Assembly: GCA_965197905.1 (NCBI GenBank) | Contig: CBDAOB010000004.1 | Span: 480,001-544,000, forward strand | Source of the DNA: Candidatus Latescibacterota bacterium | GTDB lineage: Bacteria > Latescibacterota > UBA2968 > UBA8231 | Reading direction: 5' to 3' | Length of the DNA stretch: 64,000 bases | Part shown: piece after piece, positions 9,302 to 19,315 of the stretch | Numbering within the stretch: position 1 is the first letter of the stretch | How the letters are laid out: each line of letters opens with the position of its first letter | Made by a program: the position numbers and the translations under genes | The notes under the pieces: generated by a model | Seen by the model: only the letters and a program-made list of their open reading frames with translations | Told to the model about the DNA's origin: nothing | Database searches by the model: none

Positions 9302-10795
9302 GTGTTTTCCTCCGCGCAGGCGTTCCGCGAACGAACCTTCGGTTCCAAGTTCTTTACATGCAGTGCTGACAGGGCGACCGTTTCGATTTTTTCGCGCAAC
9401 CTGAAGGCTGTGCTCGACCTCGCTATTGCCTGCACCTACGCGCTCGCCATCTCCTGTTCCCAACCTGAAACGCCCTCCGAGGCCACGTTTCCTCAGATCC
9501 TCGAAGGGAAGGATCCGAGCCTGGTCGCCCTGGTCCGGAAATCGTTGCGGGCGGCCAACGGCGATCCGCGCGACCAGGAGGCCTGGCTGCGTCTGGGGTT
9601 TGTCTATGAAGCCAACGGCCTGGATTCCCTCGCACTGACCATCTACGATCGTGCGCTGGCGGTCGCAGACACCAGCGCCCGCGCGTGGTACAGGATTTTT
9701 GTGGTAAGCAGCCGACAAGGAGATCTGGTGCGGGCTACGGAAGCGAACGCACAGACGTTGAAGCTCGCTCCGAGCTATGCGCCTTTGCACATCCGCTCGG
9801 GGCTCTGGCATCTGGACATGGAGCGAAGGGTGCAGGCCCGCAGGGCTCTCGAGCGCTCAATCGAGCTCGACCCGGAAAATCCGGGGGGCTATTGGGGCCT
9901 GGCGCGCATCATGATACTCGATGACGAGCCGGAGCAGGCAGTTATGCTCCTGGAGCGGCTGCTGCCCAAGCGCCCCGACGACCTTTACACATACCAGTTG
10001 CTGGGCAATGCCTACCGGCAAGTGGGTCAGTGGGAGAAGGCCCAGGTTGCGCTCGGAAAGGGCAAGGGGGGAGGTCCAACCTGGCGTGATCCGTGGCACG
10101 AGGAAGTCACACCCTACGAAACCGGTCTGCGGGTCGAGGTCGAGCGGGTGCGGGCTTTCATTGCGCGTGGTATTCCGCAACTCGCCGTCGTCGAACTACA
10201 GAAACTGCGACAGCTGCATCCAGGGAGCCTCATTGTGCTCAAAATGCTGGGCAAAGTATTGGTTCTAACGCAGCAATGGGAGAAGGCGCTCGAGGTTTAT
10301 GCACAGGCCCAGAGCAAACATCCCCAGGATGCCGAGCTCTCTCAAGGCATTGCTTCCGTCTATTTTGGTATGGGTGATCTCGACCGGGCGATGTCACAGT
10401 TGGAACTCGCCCTGGCCATCGACTCAACCCTTGCCAGCGCCCACGCTGGCCGCGGCAGCATACTAGTGCAGGAGCGCCAACTGCAGCAGGCAGCTGCGGC
10501 GTTTCAGCGTGCATCTGTATTAGAACCGAACAATCCAATCCATCTGGTGCGGCTGGGAATGGTTCAGTGCGAACTTCGGGAATGGGCGGCGGGACGCGAC
10601 AGCTTCAGAGGAGCGGTGGCGATCGATTCGATGCAACACGAGGGTTATCTCGGGTGGGCGGCGGCCGCCCGCGGCATGCAGAATCTCGAGGAGGCCGAAC
10701 GAGTGCTCCTGCGAGCTGTGGCGCTAATGCCAGAGTCGAAAACAGTGAGCTCCCTCCTGCAGGCCGTTCGCCGGCAGCGGTCGGAAGCGAACTGA
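9302..10795 (+). CDS. Tetratricopeptide repeat protein (start uncertain)
   Basis: Many TPR-like helical repeats, e.g. AWLRLGFVYEANG and YQLLGNAYRQVG. Confidence 0.85.
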   Translation: MFSSAQAFRERTFGSKFFTCSADRATVSIFSRNLKAVLDLAIACTYALAISCSQPETPSEATFPQILEGKDPSLVALVRKSLRAANGDPRDQEAWLRLGFVYEANGLDSLALTIYDRALAVADTSARAWYRIFVVSSRQGDLVRATEANAQTLKLAPSYAPLHIRSGLWHLDMERRVQARRALERSIELDPENPGGYWGLARIMILDDEPEQAVMLLERLLPKRPDDLYTYQLLGNAYRQVGQWEKAQVALGKGKGGGPTWRDPWHEEVTPYETGLRVEVERVRAFIARGIPQLAVVELQKLRQLHPGSLIVLKMLGKVLVLTQQWEKALEVYAQAQSKHPQDAELSQGIASVYFGMGDLDRAMSQLELALAIDSTLASAHAGRGSILVQERQLQQAAAAFQRASVLEPNNPIHLVRLGMVQCELREWAAGRDSFRGAVAIDSMQHEGYLGWAAAARGMQNLEEAERVLLRAVALMPESKTVSSLLQAVRRQRSEAN

Positions 10796-10808
10796 GTCAG
10801 CAAGTCCA

Positions 10809-12542
10809 TTGCGTCGTGTCAACGAACATCAACGCCGTCGTTTCCTCTCTTTTTTGAGTGCCCTGTTACTCCCCATGCTAGGGGTCGGGTGTGCTGACGA
10901 CCGCGGCGATCAGAAGGGGCTGTCGCAGGCAGCTAATTCGAGTCATCCCCAACAACGATCCTGGTTCCAGGAGGTTGCCCAGGAACGAGGAATTCGGTTC
11001 ATCCTCGATTCCGGATTCAGGGAGCACCATCGGCTTCCGGAGATCATGACAGGCGGTGCGGCGTTGTTCGACATGGATAACGATGGTGACCTGGATGCCT
11101 ATCTGGTACAAGCCGGAAGCCTGGAAGACAGCACCCGACTGACCGGGAATCGCCTCTTAAGCAACGACGGCAGCGGCTTCTTCACCGATGTCACGAAAGC
11201 CAGCGGAAGTGGTCACCGGGGGTACGGTATGGGGGCTGGCACCGGCGATTTTGATGGTGACGGCTTGACCGATCTTTTTGTATCGAATTTCGGCGCGAAC
11301 CTGCTGCTTGAGAACAAAGGTGACGGAGTGTTTGCCGATGTTTCGATGCCGGCGGGTGTAGACGACAACCGGTGGGGAACCGGCTCGACCTTCTTTGACA
11401 TGGATCGGGACGGCGATCTGGATCTCTACGTGGCGAACTATCTCGACTGGTCGGTGGAGACCGACCAGGAATGCGTTTCTTCACTTGGAGAACCCGATTA
11501 TTGTGCTCCGGTCAATTTCGAGGCACCGGTGGCAGACCTGATCTACCGCAATGACGGCGAGGGGCGCTTCGAGGATGTGTCACAGCGGGCCGGGTTGCAT
11601 GAGTCTTTTGGCGCGGGGCTCGGTGTGGTGAGCGCCGACTTCGATGAAGACGGTCGCCTCGACATTTTCGTGGCCAACGACGGCAGCGCCAACCAGCTGT
11701 GGATGAATCAGGGGGATGGCACCTTTGCCGATCATGCGGTGCTTCGGGGATGTGCCGTGGATGACACTGGCGGCCCGAAGGCGTGCATGGGGGTGAACGT
11801 TGTAGATATCGACGACAATGGCACCCTAGACCTACACGTGGTGAACCTGGAGAGCGAAACCGACTCGTTCTATCGAAACGAAGGTGCCTTTTTTACGGAT
11901 GTGACGACAACGACGGGACTGGCTATCGGAAGCGCCCTGTTTACCCGCTTCGGAACGGGGATACTAGACTTCGACAACGACGGTTGGCTCGATCTCTATT
12001 CCGCCAATGGACGAGTCTTCAAGAACAATCCTAAACGATATTCGGACGATCCATTTGCCGAACCGAACATCCTCTTCCGCGGATCACCAGGTCCTCGATT
12101 CGAGGAGGTTCTGCCTCGAGGCGGAACTGCCGAGTTGCTGGTGGCTACCAGCCGCGGGGCCGCCTTTGGCGACGTGGATAACGATGGAGGCGTTGATGTG
12201 TTGGTGATCAATCGCGACGCATCAGCCTATCTGTTACACAACCGCGCCTCGGACCGCGGAAACTGGTTGATGTTCTGGGTGCTCGATCGAACCGGCAGCC
12301 CGGCGGAAGGGGCGCGGGTGACCATGCGTGTAGGATCGAGCCGGAAGATGCGCGAGGTGCGCTCGGCCTACAGCTACCTCGTCGCCAACGATCCGCGGGT
12401 CCATATCGGACTGGGAGATCTGTCGAAGGTCGCGGATGTCGAGGTGCGGTGGCCCGGCGGTGAGACCGAGGGTTTCGGCGATTTCGCTGGCAACCAGATT
12501 GTCTATCTGAGGAGGGGTGCGGGATCTCCTACCATACCGTGA
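10809..12542 (+). CDS. CRTAC1-like FG-GAP/VCBS repeat and ASPIC/UnbV domain lipoprotein
   Basis: Repeated DxDxDGxxDL motifs, C-terminal SAYSYLVANDPRVHIGLG...VRWPGG, lipobox-like LGVGC. Confidence 0.9.
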   Translation: MRRVNEHQRRRFLSFLSALLLPMLGVGCADDRGDQKGLSQAANSSHPQQRSWFQEVAQERGIRFILDSGFREHHRLPEIMTGGAALFDMDNDGDLDAYLVQAGSLEDSTRLTGNRLLSNDGSGFFTDVTKASGSGHRGYGMGAGTGDFDGDGLTDLFVSNFGANLLLENKGDGVFADVSMPAGVDDNRWGTGSTFFDMDRDGDLDLYVANYLDWSVETDQECVSSLGEPDYCAPVNFEAPVADLIYRNDGEGRFEDVSQRAGLHESFGAGLGVVSADFDEDGRLDIFVANDGSANQLWMNQGDGTFADHAVLRGCAVDDTGGPKACMGVNVVDIDDNGTLDLHVVNLESETDSFYRNEGAFFTDVTTTTGLAIGSALFTRFGTGILDFDNDGWLDLYSANGRVFKNNPKRYSDDPFAEPNILFRGSPGPRFEEVLPRGGTAELLVATSRGAAFGDVDNDGGVDVLVINRDASAYLLHNRASDRGNWLMFWVLDRTGSPAEGARVTMRVGSSRKMREVRSAYSYLVANDPRVHIGLGDLSKVADVEVRWPGGETEGFGDFAGNQIVYLRRGAGSPTIP

Positions 12543-12599
12543 AAATCAGAAAATCGGCTCACAGCCCGGGTCTTTGTCTGCCGCTGTTAGCGCTGTCGG

Positions 12600-12690
12600 C
12601 CACAGAGGCTCAGCTCCGGCCTCTTGGCGTTGCCTTCGACGGTGCGGGCAACCTGTACATCGCAGAAAGAAGCAACAAGCTCGTGCTCTA
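12600..12690 (+). pseudogene. NHL-repeat fragment
   Basis: AQLRPLGVAFDGAGNLYIAE. Confidence 0.5.
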
Positions 12691-13491
12691 CCCCTGCCAG
12701 TTGATGGTGCTGAAGTCGAAGTCGGAGGGAAACGGCTGGTGGGGATCGACATATCTCACTAGGTCCCGGAGGGCGATAACTGTATAGTCATTCTTGGCAA
12801 GGTACTTCACCCCTGCTTCAAAGATCTCGGGATCGGTGCTGCAGAAAGGATGATCAAGATCCGGCACTCCGTGGAAAGTAAGGACGCTGATTTTTCCGTC
12901 CCGCGCCTGCTCCACGGCTTCGACGATCTCGTCGAAGGTCGAATCCGCGCCCGGATGACCAGTCGCCGGTATTAGGAGGGGATGGTCTTTCTTCGGATCG
13001 TAAGCAGGACCATTACCCCCGCGTTGGTAGTCGGGCAGTGCCGTAACCGGCTCACATGCGCGGCGGGCGAACAGGTAGCCCTTTGCTTTGATAACCTCTA
13101 CTGCCTCAGCACTGGTATGTGACCCCGGATAGCAGAAGGTCGTCGGCCTCGGAATGCCGTGCTCTTTGCAGCGTTCCTCTATCTGTTCCACGTCCGCCCT
13201 GATCGCTTCTTTCGTCTGCTCGCGCATATCTACATGCCGACCAAGATGATTGCCGATCTCGAAACCGTCTTCGTGTAGCTGCCGGATCTCGTCCCAGGTC
13301 ACGTAGTATTCCTTGTGGCTCAGAAAACGCAGCCCCTCGGTAATGAAGAAGGTGCCGCCAAATCCATAACGCTTGAGCAGTGGCGCTGCGAATGTAGCCT
13401 GCGATTTGGCCCCATCATCGAACGTCATCACAACCAGGCGATCCGGTATGGGCGCGAGGTCACTGCTTTGTTTGGATGCTGTGGGCTTCAT
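12688..13491 (-). CDS. Polysaccharide deacetylase (NodB/CE4) family protein
   Basis: TFDDG, EIGNHLGRH, FCYPG and LTFHG motifs. Confidence 0.9.
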   Translation of the reverse strand: MKPTASKQSSDLAPIPDRLVVMTFDDGAKSQATFAAPLLKRYGFGGTFFITEGLRFLSHKEYYVTWDEIRQLHEDGFEIGNHLGRHVDMREQTKEAIRADVEQIEERCKEHGIPRPTTFCYPGSHTSAEAVEVIKAKGYLFARRACEPVTALPDYQRGGNGPAYDPKKDHPLLIPATGHPGADSTFDEIVEAVEQARDGKISVLTFHGVPDLDHPFCSTDPEIFEAGVKYLAKNDYTVIALRDLVRYVDPHQPFPSDFDFSTINWQG

Positions 13492-13593
13492 AGTTCTCTC
13501 CCTTTCCAGTGCTCACGGTCTGTCCCGTAGTCTGTTCTAAGATATTCCGGCACAGTGCGGCTCGATCCGCTGGACAATTTGAGTCCCGCTGCG

Positions 13594-14349
13594 CTAGCTC
13601 CCTCGATGGACCTGCATAAAGCTACCCAGGATCTCGCTCTGGCAGGGATCGCGGAGGTCGCTCCGCGAATAGGCGACCATCAACATGTCCGGCGCCACCT
13701 CCTCAACCCAGCTGTGAGTGCAGCCGTCAAGAGACTGGGGACCGTGGTAATAGCAAAAGTGCCCGATCCAGTGGTGCCCCTCGTCCAGACTGAACGCCAA
13801 CCAATCCCCAGTGCGACCGTAGGCCACGACGAGTACGCCGCTGGCCATCCGACAGGCATTCGGCCACACCCCGCGATCGGCGATCTCGTCGGCGTGACTC
13901 CAGCTCTGTCCCCCATCGATCGAGCGGCTCAGGTAGAGGGGGGTGAAAGTAGAGTTCCAGGTCCCACCCGAACGTATGAAGCACAGAATCTCGCCGCTGG
14001 GCAAGACGAGCAGGCCCGGCTCGCAAAAGCCGTTCAGTCGGCGGTCGAATCCCGGGTCGAGGTCAAAGGCAACCGTTGACAAATAATGCCAGGTGTCGCC
14101 CCGATCAATCGAACGCACCACGAAGGTGCGCACCTTTACGTCATTCTCAAAAAAGCCGTGCAGCCCCGCCAGCAGGCTGCCGTCCTGGAGAACGGTTGTC
14201 GAATGGTCTACCCAGGTATGCGGCGCGGGCCGGCTAGAATGAAGTTTGGGCATGTCCACCAGGGTGGCGACTCCCTGCTCGTGCGTGTTCCGCACGAAGC
14301 GAATAATCTGGCGGGAGACCCTGCCGTCGCAGCGCAACTGGACAGGCAT
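13594..14349 (-). pseudogene. Sialidase/BNR (Asp-box) protein, probably 5'-truncated
   Basis: SIDRGDTW, SIDGGQSW and SLDEGHHW Asp-boxes; the N-terminal part of the ORF call overlaps the divergent gene. Confidence 0.65.
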
Positions 14350-14475
14350 CGCGCGCGCTGCGATGAGTGGAAGGCAAGGTTGCAGAGCAGCTGAACTAGA
14401 GAAGGCTCCCCTCGGTGACCACTGGAAAGGAAACGTCGTGACCTCAATAGGCGCCTGCACATGGAGAAACACAAA

Positions 14476-17190
14476 ATGGTGACTCCGATCGAGTTGAAGT
14501 GCGAATATGCCGTCAATCCCCTGGGTATCGATGTGAACCAGCCGCGTTTTTCCTGGGTGCTGGAGGCGGATCGACGCGGGCAACGGCAGTCCGCCTACCA
14601 AATCCTGGTCGTCGGCTCCAAAGAGGCCATCGCTTCCGGCAGCGGCGACAAATGGGACAGTGGCAAGGTAGAATCGGAGGGGTCGGTTAATGTAGTCTAC
14701 GAAGGCGAGACTTTAACCAGCGGTGAAGTGTGCTGGTGGAAGGTGCGCGTGTGGGATGTGGACGACAATCCCGGTCCGTGGAGTGAGGCAGCCACCTTCA
14801 GCATGGGCTTGTTGGAGACAGGTGACTGGCAGGGCAAGTGGATTGCCGCCGGAAAGGATATCTCTTCTCCGCTTCTGCGCAAGGAGATCGCGCTCGACAA
14901 GAAAGTCAAAAAGGCAAGCGTCTTTATCTCCGGCCTGGGATACTATGAACTCTACATCAATGGGGAAAGAGTGGGCGATCACGTCCTCGATCCAGGCACG
15001 ACCTACTACAACAACGACGAGCCGATCGAGCTGGGCGCGCGCGTGTTGTACGCGACTTACGAGGTGAGCACTCACCTCCAGGCCGGTGCCAATGCCCTCG
15101 GGGTGATGCTGGGCCATGGGTGGTACAGCGCCGAAGCCGACATCCCCCCCTCGCCGATCCATCGCGAGCCCTACGGCGACCGACCGCGTCTGATCCTGCA
15201 GATAGATGTCGAATTCGTCGATGGAGCGCGCGCGCATTTCGCCAGTGACGACACGTGGAAAGTGGCCGGCGGTCCGATCACCTACAACGATTACTGCCAC
15301 GGCGAAACCTATGACGCGCGCCTGGAAAAACCCGGCTGGGACAAGCCCGGTTGTGATGATTCGGCCTGGGAGCAGGCCTCGTTGGCAGAAGCGCCTGGCG
15401 GGGTTATGACCGCGCAGGCGCTGCCGCCGATCCGGGTGATGAAGACCCTGAAGCCGGTGCGGACACTCCGTCCCAACGAAGGCACCTATGTCTTTGATTT
15501 CGGCCAGCATTTCTGTGGCTGGTGCAGACTGCGCCTACGGGGACCGGGAGGCGCCCAGGTTAGATTGAAACACGGCGCCTGCGTGTACGACGATGGCACA
15601 TTGGATGCCAGAAGCAACCTGTTCGATCAGGGTCGTACCGACCATGTTGCCAGACAGACCGACACCTACATCTTGAAAGGTGAAGGTACCGAGGTGTGGG
15701 AGCCGCGCTTTACGCTGCACGGTTTTCGCTATGTAGAGATCAAGGGCTATCCCGGCGAGCCAGGCCCGGACAGCCTGGAGGGACGGGTTGTCTATTCCTC
15801 GGTGGACACTACCGGTAGTTTCACCTGCTCCAATGCCCTGATCAACCAGATTCACCACAACATCTGCTGGACATTTACTAGCAGTATGCAGGGTTTTCCT
15901 CAGGATGCGGCGGATCGCTCGGAACGAGTCGGGTGGTTGGGCGATCCCATAGCAGAAGATTACATCTTCAACTTTGACACCGCCTGCTTCTGGACGAAAT
16001 GGGCCGACGACTTAAAAGATGCGCAGAAGCCCGATGGGGATATTCCTGTTGTCTGTCCACTACACTGGCGACGCTCGCACGATGCTTTCAGAAAGATGCC
16101 TGTTTGGAAAAGCACGTATCCGCTCGTCGTCTGGTACGTCTACGAATTCTACGACGACGAGCGCATCCTGACCTCACATTACGACGGCATGGTCAAGCTG
16201 GTGGAATTCCTGCGCACCAAGTCGAGGGATCATATCATTTCTGAAGGTCTCGGCGACCACATGGAGCCCCAGACCGACGGCACCACCAGCCACCGGCCGC
16301 TGCACACGCCACCGGCGCTCACCTCGACGGCGTATTATTATTTTGACGCCTGGATTGTGGCCCTCGCAGCCAAGATTCTGGGCAAAAGCGGAGATGCAAG
16401 GGATTATGGAAAGCTAGCGGCAGAGATCAAAGAGGCGTTCAATCGGGAGTTCCTACACAGAGACACTCATCAGTATGCGTCCGGCAGCCAGACGGCCAAT
16501 GCGCTGCCCCTGGCTCTCGACATGGTCCCCGAAGACCGGGTCGAGGCGGTTGTGAAGAATCTACTCGACGACATCGCCACGCGGCACAACGGGCACCTGT
16601 CGACGGGCCTGATCGGCACCAACGCCCTGGCACTCGCCCTGCCCCGGTACGGCGCAGCGGACGTTTTGTACGGCATCGCGACCCAGACCTCCTTTCCAAG
16701 CTGGGGCTATCAAATCGAGCGCGGGGCGACTACCCTCTGGGAGACCTGGGACGGCAATCCAGAAGAGCAACTGAGCTACAACATGAAGATCTTCGCCAGC
16801 ATCGACAAGTTCTTCTACAAGGACCTGGCCGGTATTCGTCCTGCTGCTCCCGGGTTTCGGCGCATGGTGATCAAGCCATGCGTCGTGGGAGATTTGACCT
16901 ACGTCAGGGCATCGACGCACACCGTGAGAGGGTTGGTGGCGGTTGAGTGGAAAAGAGGAGATGCAGCTCTCGATATGAGCGTAACGATCCCGGTCAATAG
17001 CCGGGCCGAATTGAACGTCCCGAAGATCGGACTGCAGAATGTCAGCATCAAAGAGGGCTCCACAACAATCTGGGAAGATGGCACCTATAGAGGCGGAGTT
17101 GCAGGTATAGACGGAGGTAGTCAAACGCCCGACTATGTGACTTTCGATGTCGGATCTGGATCGTATGAGCTCCAATTGGCTGGCCATTAA
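14476..17190 (+). CDS. Alpha-L-rhamnosidase (GH78)
   Basis: NPLGID..PRFSW, GLGYYEL, DFGQ, FTLHGFRYVE, ERVGWLGD and GATTLWETW motifs. Confidence 0.92.
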   Translation: MVTPIELKCEYAVNPLGIDVNQPRFSWVLEADRRGQRQSAYQILVVGSKEAIASGSGDKWDSGKVESEGSVNVVYEGETLTSGEVCWWKVRVWDVDDNPGPWSEAATFSMGLLETGDWQGKWIAAGKDISSPLLRKEIALDKKVKKASVFISGLGYYELYINGERVGDHVLDPGTTYYNNDEPIELGARVLYATYEVSTHLQAGANALGVMLGHGWYSAEADIPPSPIHREPYGDRPRLILQIDVEFVDGARAHFASDDTWKVAGGPITYNDYCHGETYDARLEKPGWDKPGCDDSAWEQASLAEAPGGVMTAQALPPIRVMKTLKPVRTLRPNEGTYVFDFGQHFCGWCRLRLRGPGGAQVRLKHGACVYDDGTLDARSNLFDQGRTDHVARQTDTYILKGEGTEVWEPRFTLHGFRYVEIKGYPGEPGPDSLEGRVVYSSVDTTGSFTCSNALINQIHHNICWTFTSSMQGFPQDAADRSERVGWLGDPIAEDYIFNFDTACFWTKWADDLKDAQKPDGDIPVVCPLHWRRSHDAFRKMPVWKSTYPLVVWYVYEFYDDERILTSHYDGMVKLVEFLRTKSRDHIISEGLGDHMEPQTDGTTSHRPLHTPPALTSTAYYYFDAWIVALAAKILGKSGDARDYGKLAAEIKEAFNREFLHRDTHQYASGSQTANALPLALDMVPEDRVEAVVKNLLDDIATRHNGHLSTGLIGTNALALALPRYGAADVLYGIATQTSFPSWGYQIERGATTLWETWDGNPEEQLSYNMKIFASIDKFFYKDLAGIRPAAPGFRRMVIKPCVVGDLTYVRASTHTVRGLVAVEWKRGDAALDMSVTIPVNSRAELNVPKIGLQNVSIKEGSTTIWEDGTYRGGVAGIDGGSQTPDYVTFDVGSGSYELQLAGH

Positions 17191-17192
17191 CA

Positions 17193-19313
17193 ATGGACTT
17201 TATCGACCGCCGTACGCTGGTCTGCCGGCACAATCCCGTACTGCTGAGCTTCGAACCCGCCTCGCCGCTGTCCGTAGGAAACGGCGAGTTCGCCTTTACG
17301 GCCGATAGCACCGGTCTTCAGAGCTTCCCCGAACTCTACGACTCCAGCGTTGAACTCAGCTCGCAGTCCCATCTAAAGGGGTCTGCCGAACGCTCTTACT
17401 GCGGCGTACCGCTCTGCACGCAGTCCCAGTGGGGCTGGCACACTTTTCCCTTGCCTGAAGGATTGAGTATCTCCGATTTCCAAATGGAGCTCTTCGACGC
17501 GCATGGGCGCAAAGTGGGGTATCCCACAAACGAAAAAGGTCAGGAGGAACTCTACAGTTGGCTGCGCCAGAATCCCCACCGACTGAACCTGGGCCGTCTC
17601 GGCCTGCGGCTACGGGGGCGGAGCGATGGGCGCCTGCTTACACCCAGGGACTTTACAGACATCGTCCAGACGCTCGATTTGTGGACGGGAATCCTCGATA
17701 GCCGGTTCTGCGTGGAAGGCGAACGCGTGGTCGTGGCGACCTGCTGTCACCCGCAGATTGATATGGTAGCGGTACGGATCAGCTCGGGGCTCGTCGAACG
17801 CGGGCAATTGGAGATCGAATTGGTGTTTCCCTATGGCTCGCCCCACAAGGATATGATCACCGCGGACTGGTCCAGCCCGGAGCGCCACAAGACCCTTATC
17901 CTCGGACGCACTGGCGACACCGTGGATCTCCAGCGGAAGTTGGATCAAGATCAGTATTTCGTCCGCTTCGCCTGGAGGGGGGAGGCGGATTTTGAACAAC
18001 AGGGAGCGCATTCTCTTGTTCTGCGTCCGGATAAATCCAGCGGACGTTTCGAGTTTCAAGTTGCTTTCTCTGCCACAAGAATGGCCGGCGCCATACCCGC
18101 CCCAAAGCAGACGTTTTCAGTGAGCATTGAACACTGGGAGCGGTTCTGGTCCACCGGCGGCGCCGTTGCAGTGGAAGGCAGCCGCGATAAGCGCGCCCCA
18201 GAGTTGGAGCGGCGCATCGTGCTGTCGCAATACCTCGCAGCGATTCAGTGTTCGGGTTCACTGCCACCGCAGGAAACAGGGCTGACCTGCAATAGCTGGC
18301 ACGGCAAGTTTCATCTGGAAATGGCCTGGTGGCATGGAGTCCACTTTGTCCTATGGGACCGCGCTCACCTCTTTGAAAGGTGTATGCCCTGGTATAAGGA
18401 GATCCTGCCGAAAGCGCGTGAGTGGGCGCAGTATCAGGGCTATGCGGGTGCGCGCTGGCCCAAGATGGTCGGGCCAGAGGGCCGCGACAGTCCTTCCCTT
18501 ATCGGTCCACTCCTTATTTGGCAACAACCCCACCCCATCGTTTTTGCCGAACTGTTCTATCGAGAGCACCCCGATCGTGAAACTCTGGAAAACTATCTGG
18601 AGATCGTCTCCGCCACGGCCGAGTTCATGGCGTCTTACGCCATTCTAAATCCAGTGACGGGATACTACGACCTGGGCCCACCAGTCATTCCCATGCAGGA
18701 GAATCACCCTCCAAGAGAGACCTGGAATCCCACCTATGAGCTGGAGTACTGGGCGTTTGGCCTCGAACTGGCGCAGCAATGGCGCGAGAGGATGGGCTTG
18801 GAGCGCGACTCAGAATGGGAAAAGGTAAGAACAAATCTGGCACCACTGCCGGTGAAAAACGGTCTGTATCTGGCGCACGAAAACTGCCCGCAGACGTACA
18901 CCGAAAGGAACTGGGACCATGCCGTGATGCTCAACGCGCTGGGCGTGATACCCGGCCCGCGGGTGGATCGCGAGACCATGCGCCGTACTCTGAAGAAGGT
19001 TGCGGATGTATGGCAGTGGGAGCGCGACTGGGGCACGGACTTCTTCACAGCGGCCATGACCGCAGCGCGAGTAGGCGAACCCCAACTGGCAGTTGATTTT
19101 TTGATGATGGAAACACCCAGGAACACCTATCTGGCCAACGGCCACAATGCAGGATGGCAATATCCGGTGTACCTGCCCGGCAATAACGGACTCCTGACTG
19201 CCGTGGCGTTGATGGCGGCAGGCTGGCAGGGACAACCAGAGTCGCATGCACCTGGCTTCCCCTCGGATGGGTCGTGGGCAGTGCGCTGGGAAGGATTGCG
19301 CGCCCGACTCTAG
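17193..19313 (+). CDS. Six-hairpin glycoside hydrolase (GH65/GH95-like)
   Basis: LSVGNGEFAFTAD, PPQETGL, WHGKFHLEM, LIWQQPHP and YLPGNNGLL motifs. Confidence 0.75.
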   Translation: MDFIDRRTLVCRHNPVLLSFEPASPLSVGNGEFAFTADSTGLQSFPELYDSSVELSSQSHLKGSAERSYCGVPLCTQSQWGWHTFPLPEGLSISDFQMELFDAHGRKVGYPTNEKGQEELYSWLRQNPHRLNLGRLGLRLRGRSDGRLLTPRDFTDIVQTLDLWTGILDSRFCVEGERVVVATCCHPQIDMVAVRISSGLVERGQLEIELVFPYGSPHKDMITADWSSPERHKTLILGRTGDTVDLQRKLDQDQYFVRFAWRGEADFEQQGAHSLVLRPDKSSGRFEFQVAFSATRMAGAIPAPKQTFSVSIEHWERFWSTGGAVAVEGSRDKRAPELERRIVLSQYLAAIQCSGSLPPQETGLTCNSWHGKFHLEMAWWHGVHFVLWDRAHLFERCMPWYKEILPKAREWAQYQGYAGARWPKMVGPEGRDSPSLIGPLLIWQQPHPIVFAELFYREHPDRETLENYLEIVSATAEFMASYAILNPVTGYYDLGPPVIPMQENHPPRETWNPTYELEYWAFGLELAQQWRERMGLERDSEWEKVRTNLAPLPVKNGLYLAHENCPQTYTERNWDHAVMLNALGVIPGPRVDRETMRRTLKKVADVWQWERDWGTDFFTAAMTAARVGEPQLAVDFLMMETPRNTYLANGHNAGWQYPVYLPGNNGLLTAVALMAAGWQGQPESHAPGFPSDGSWAVRWEGLRARL

Positions 19314-19315
19314 GT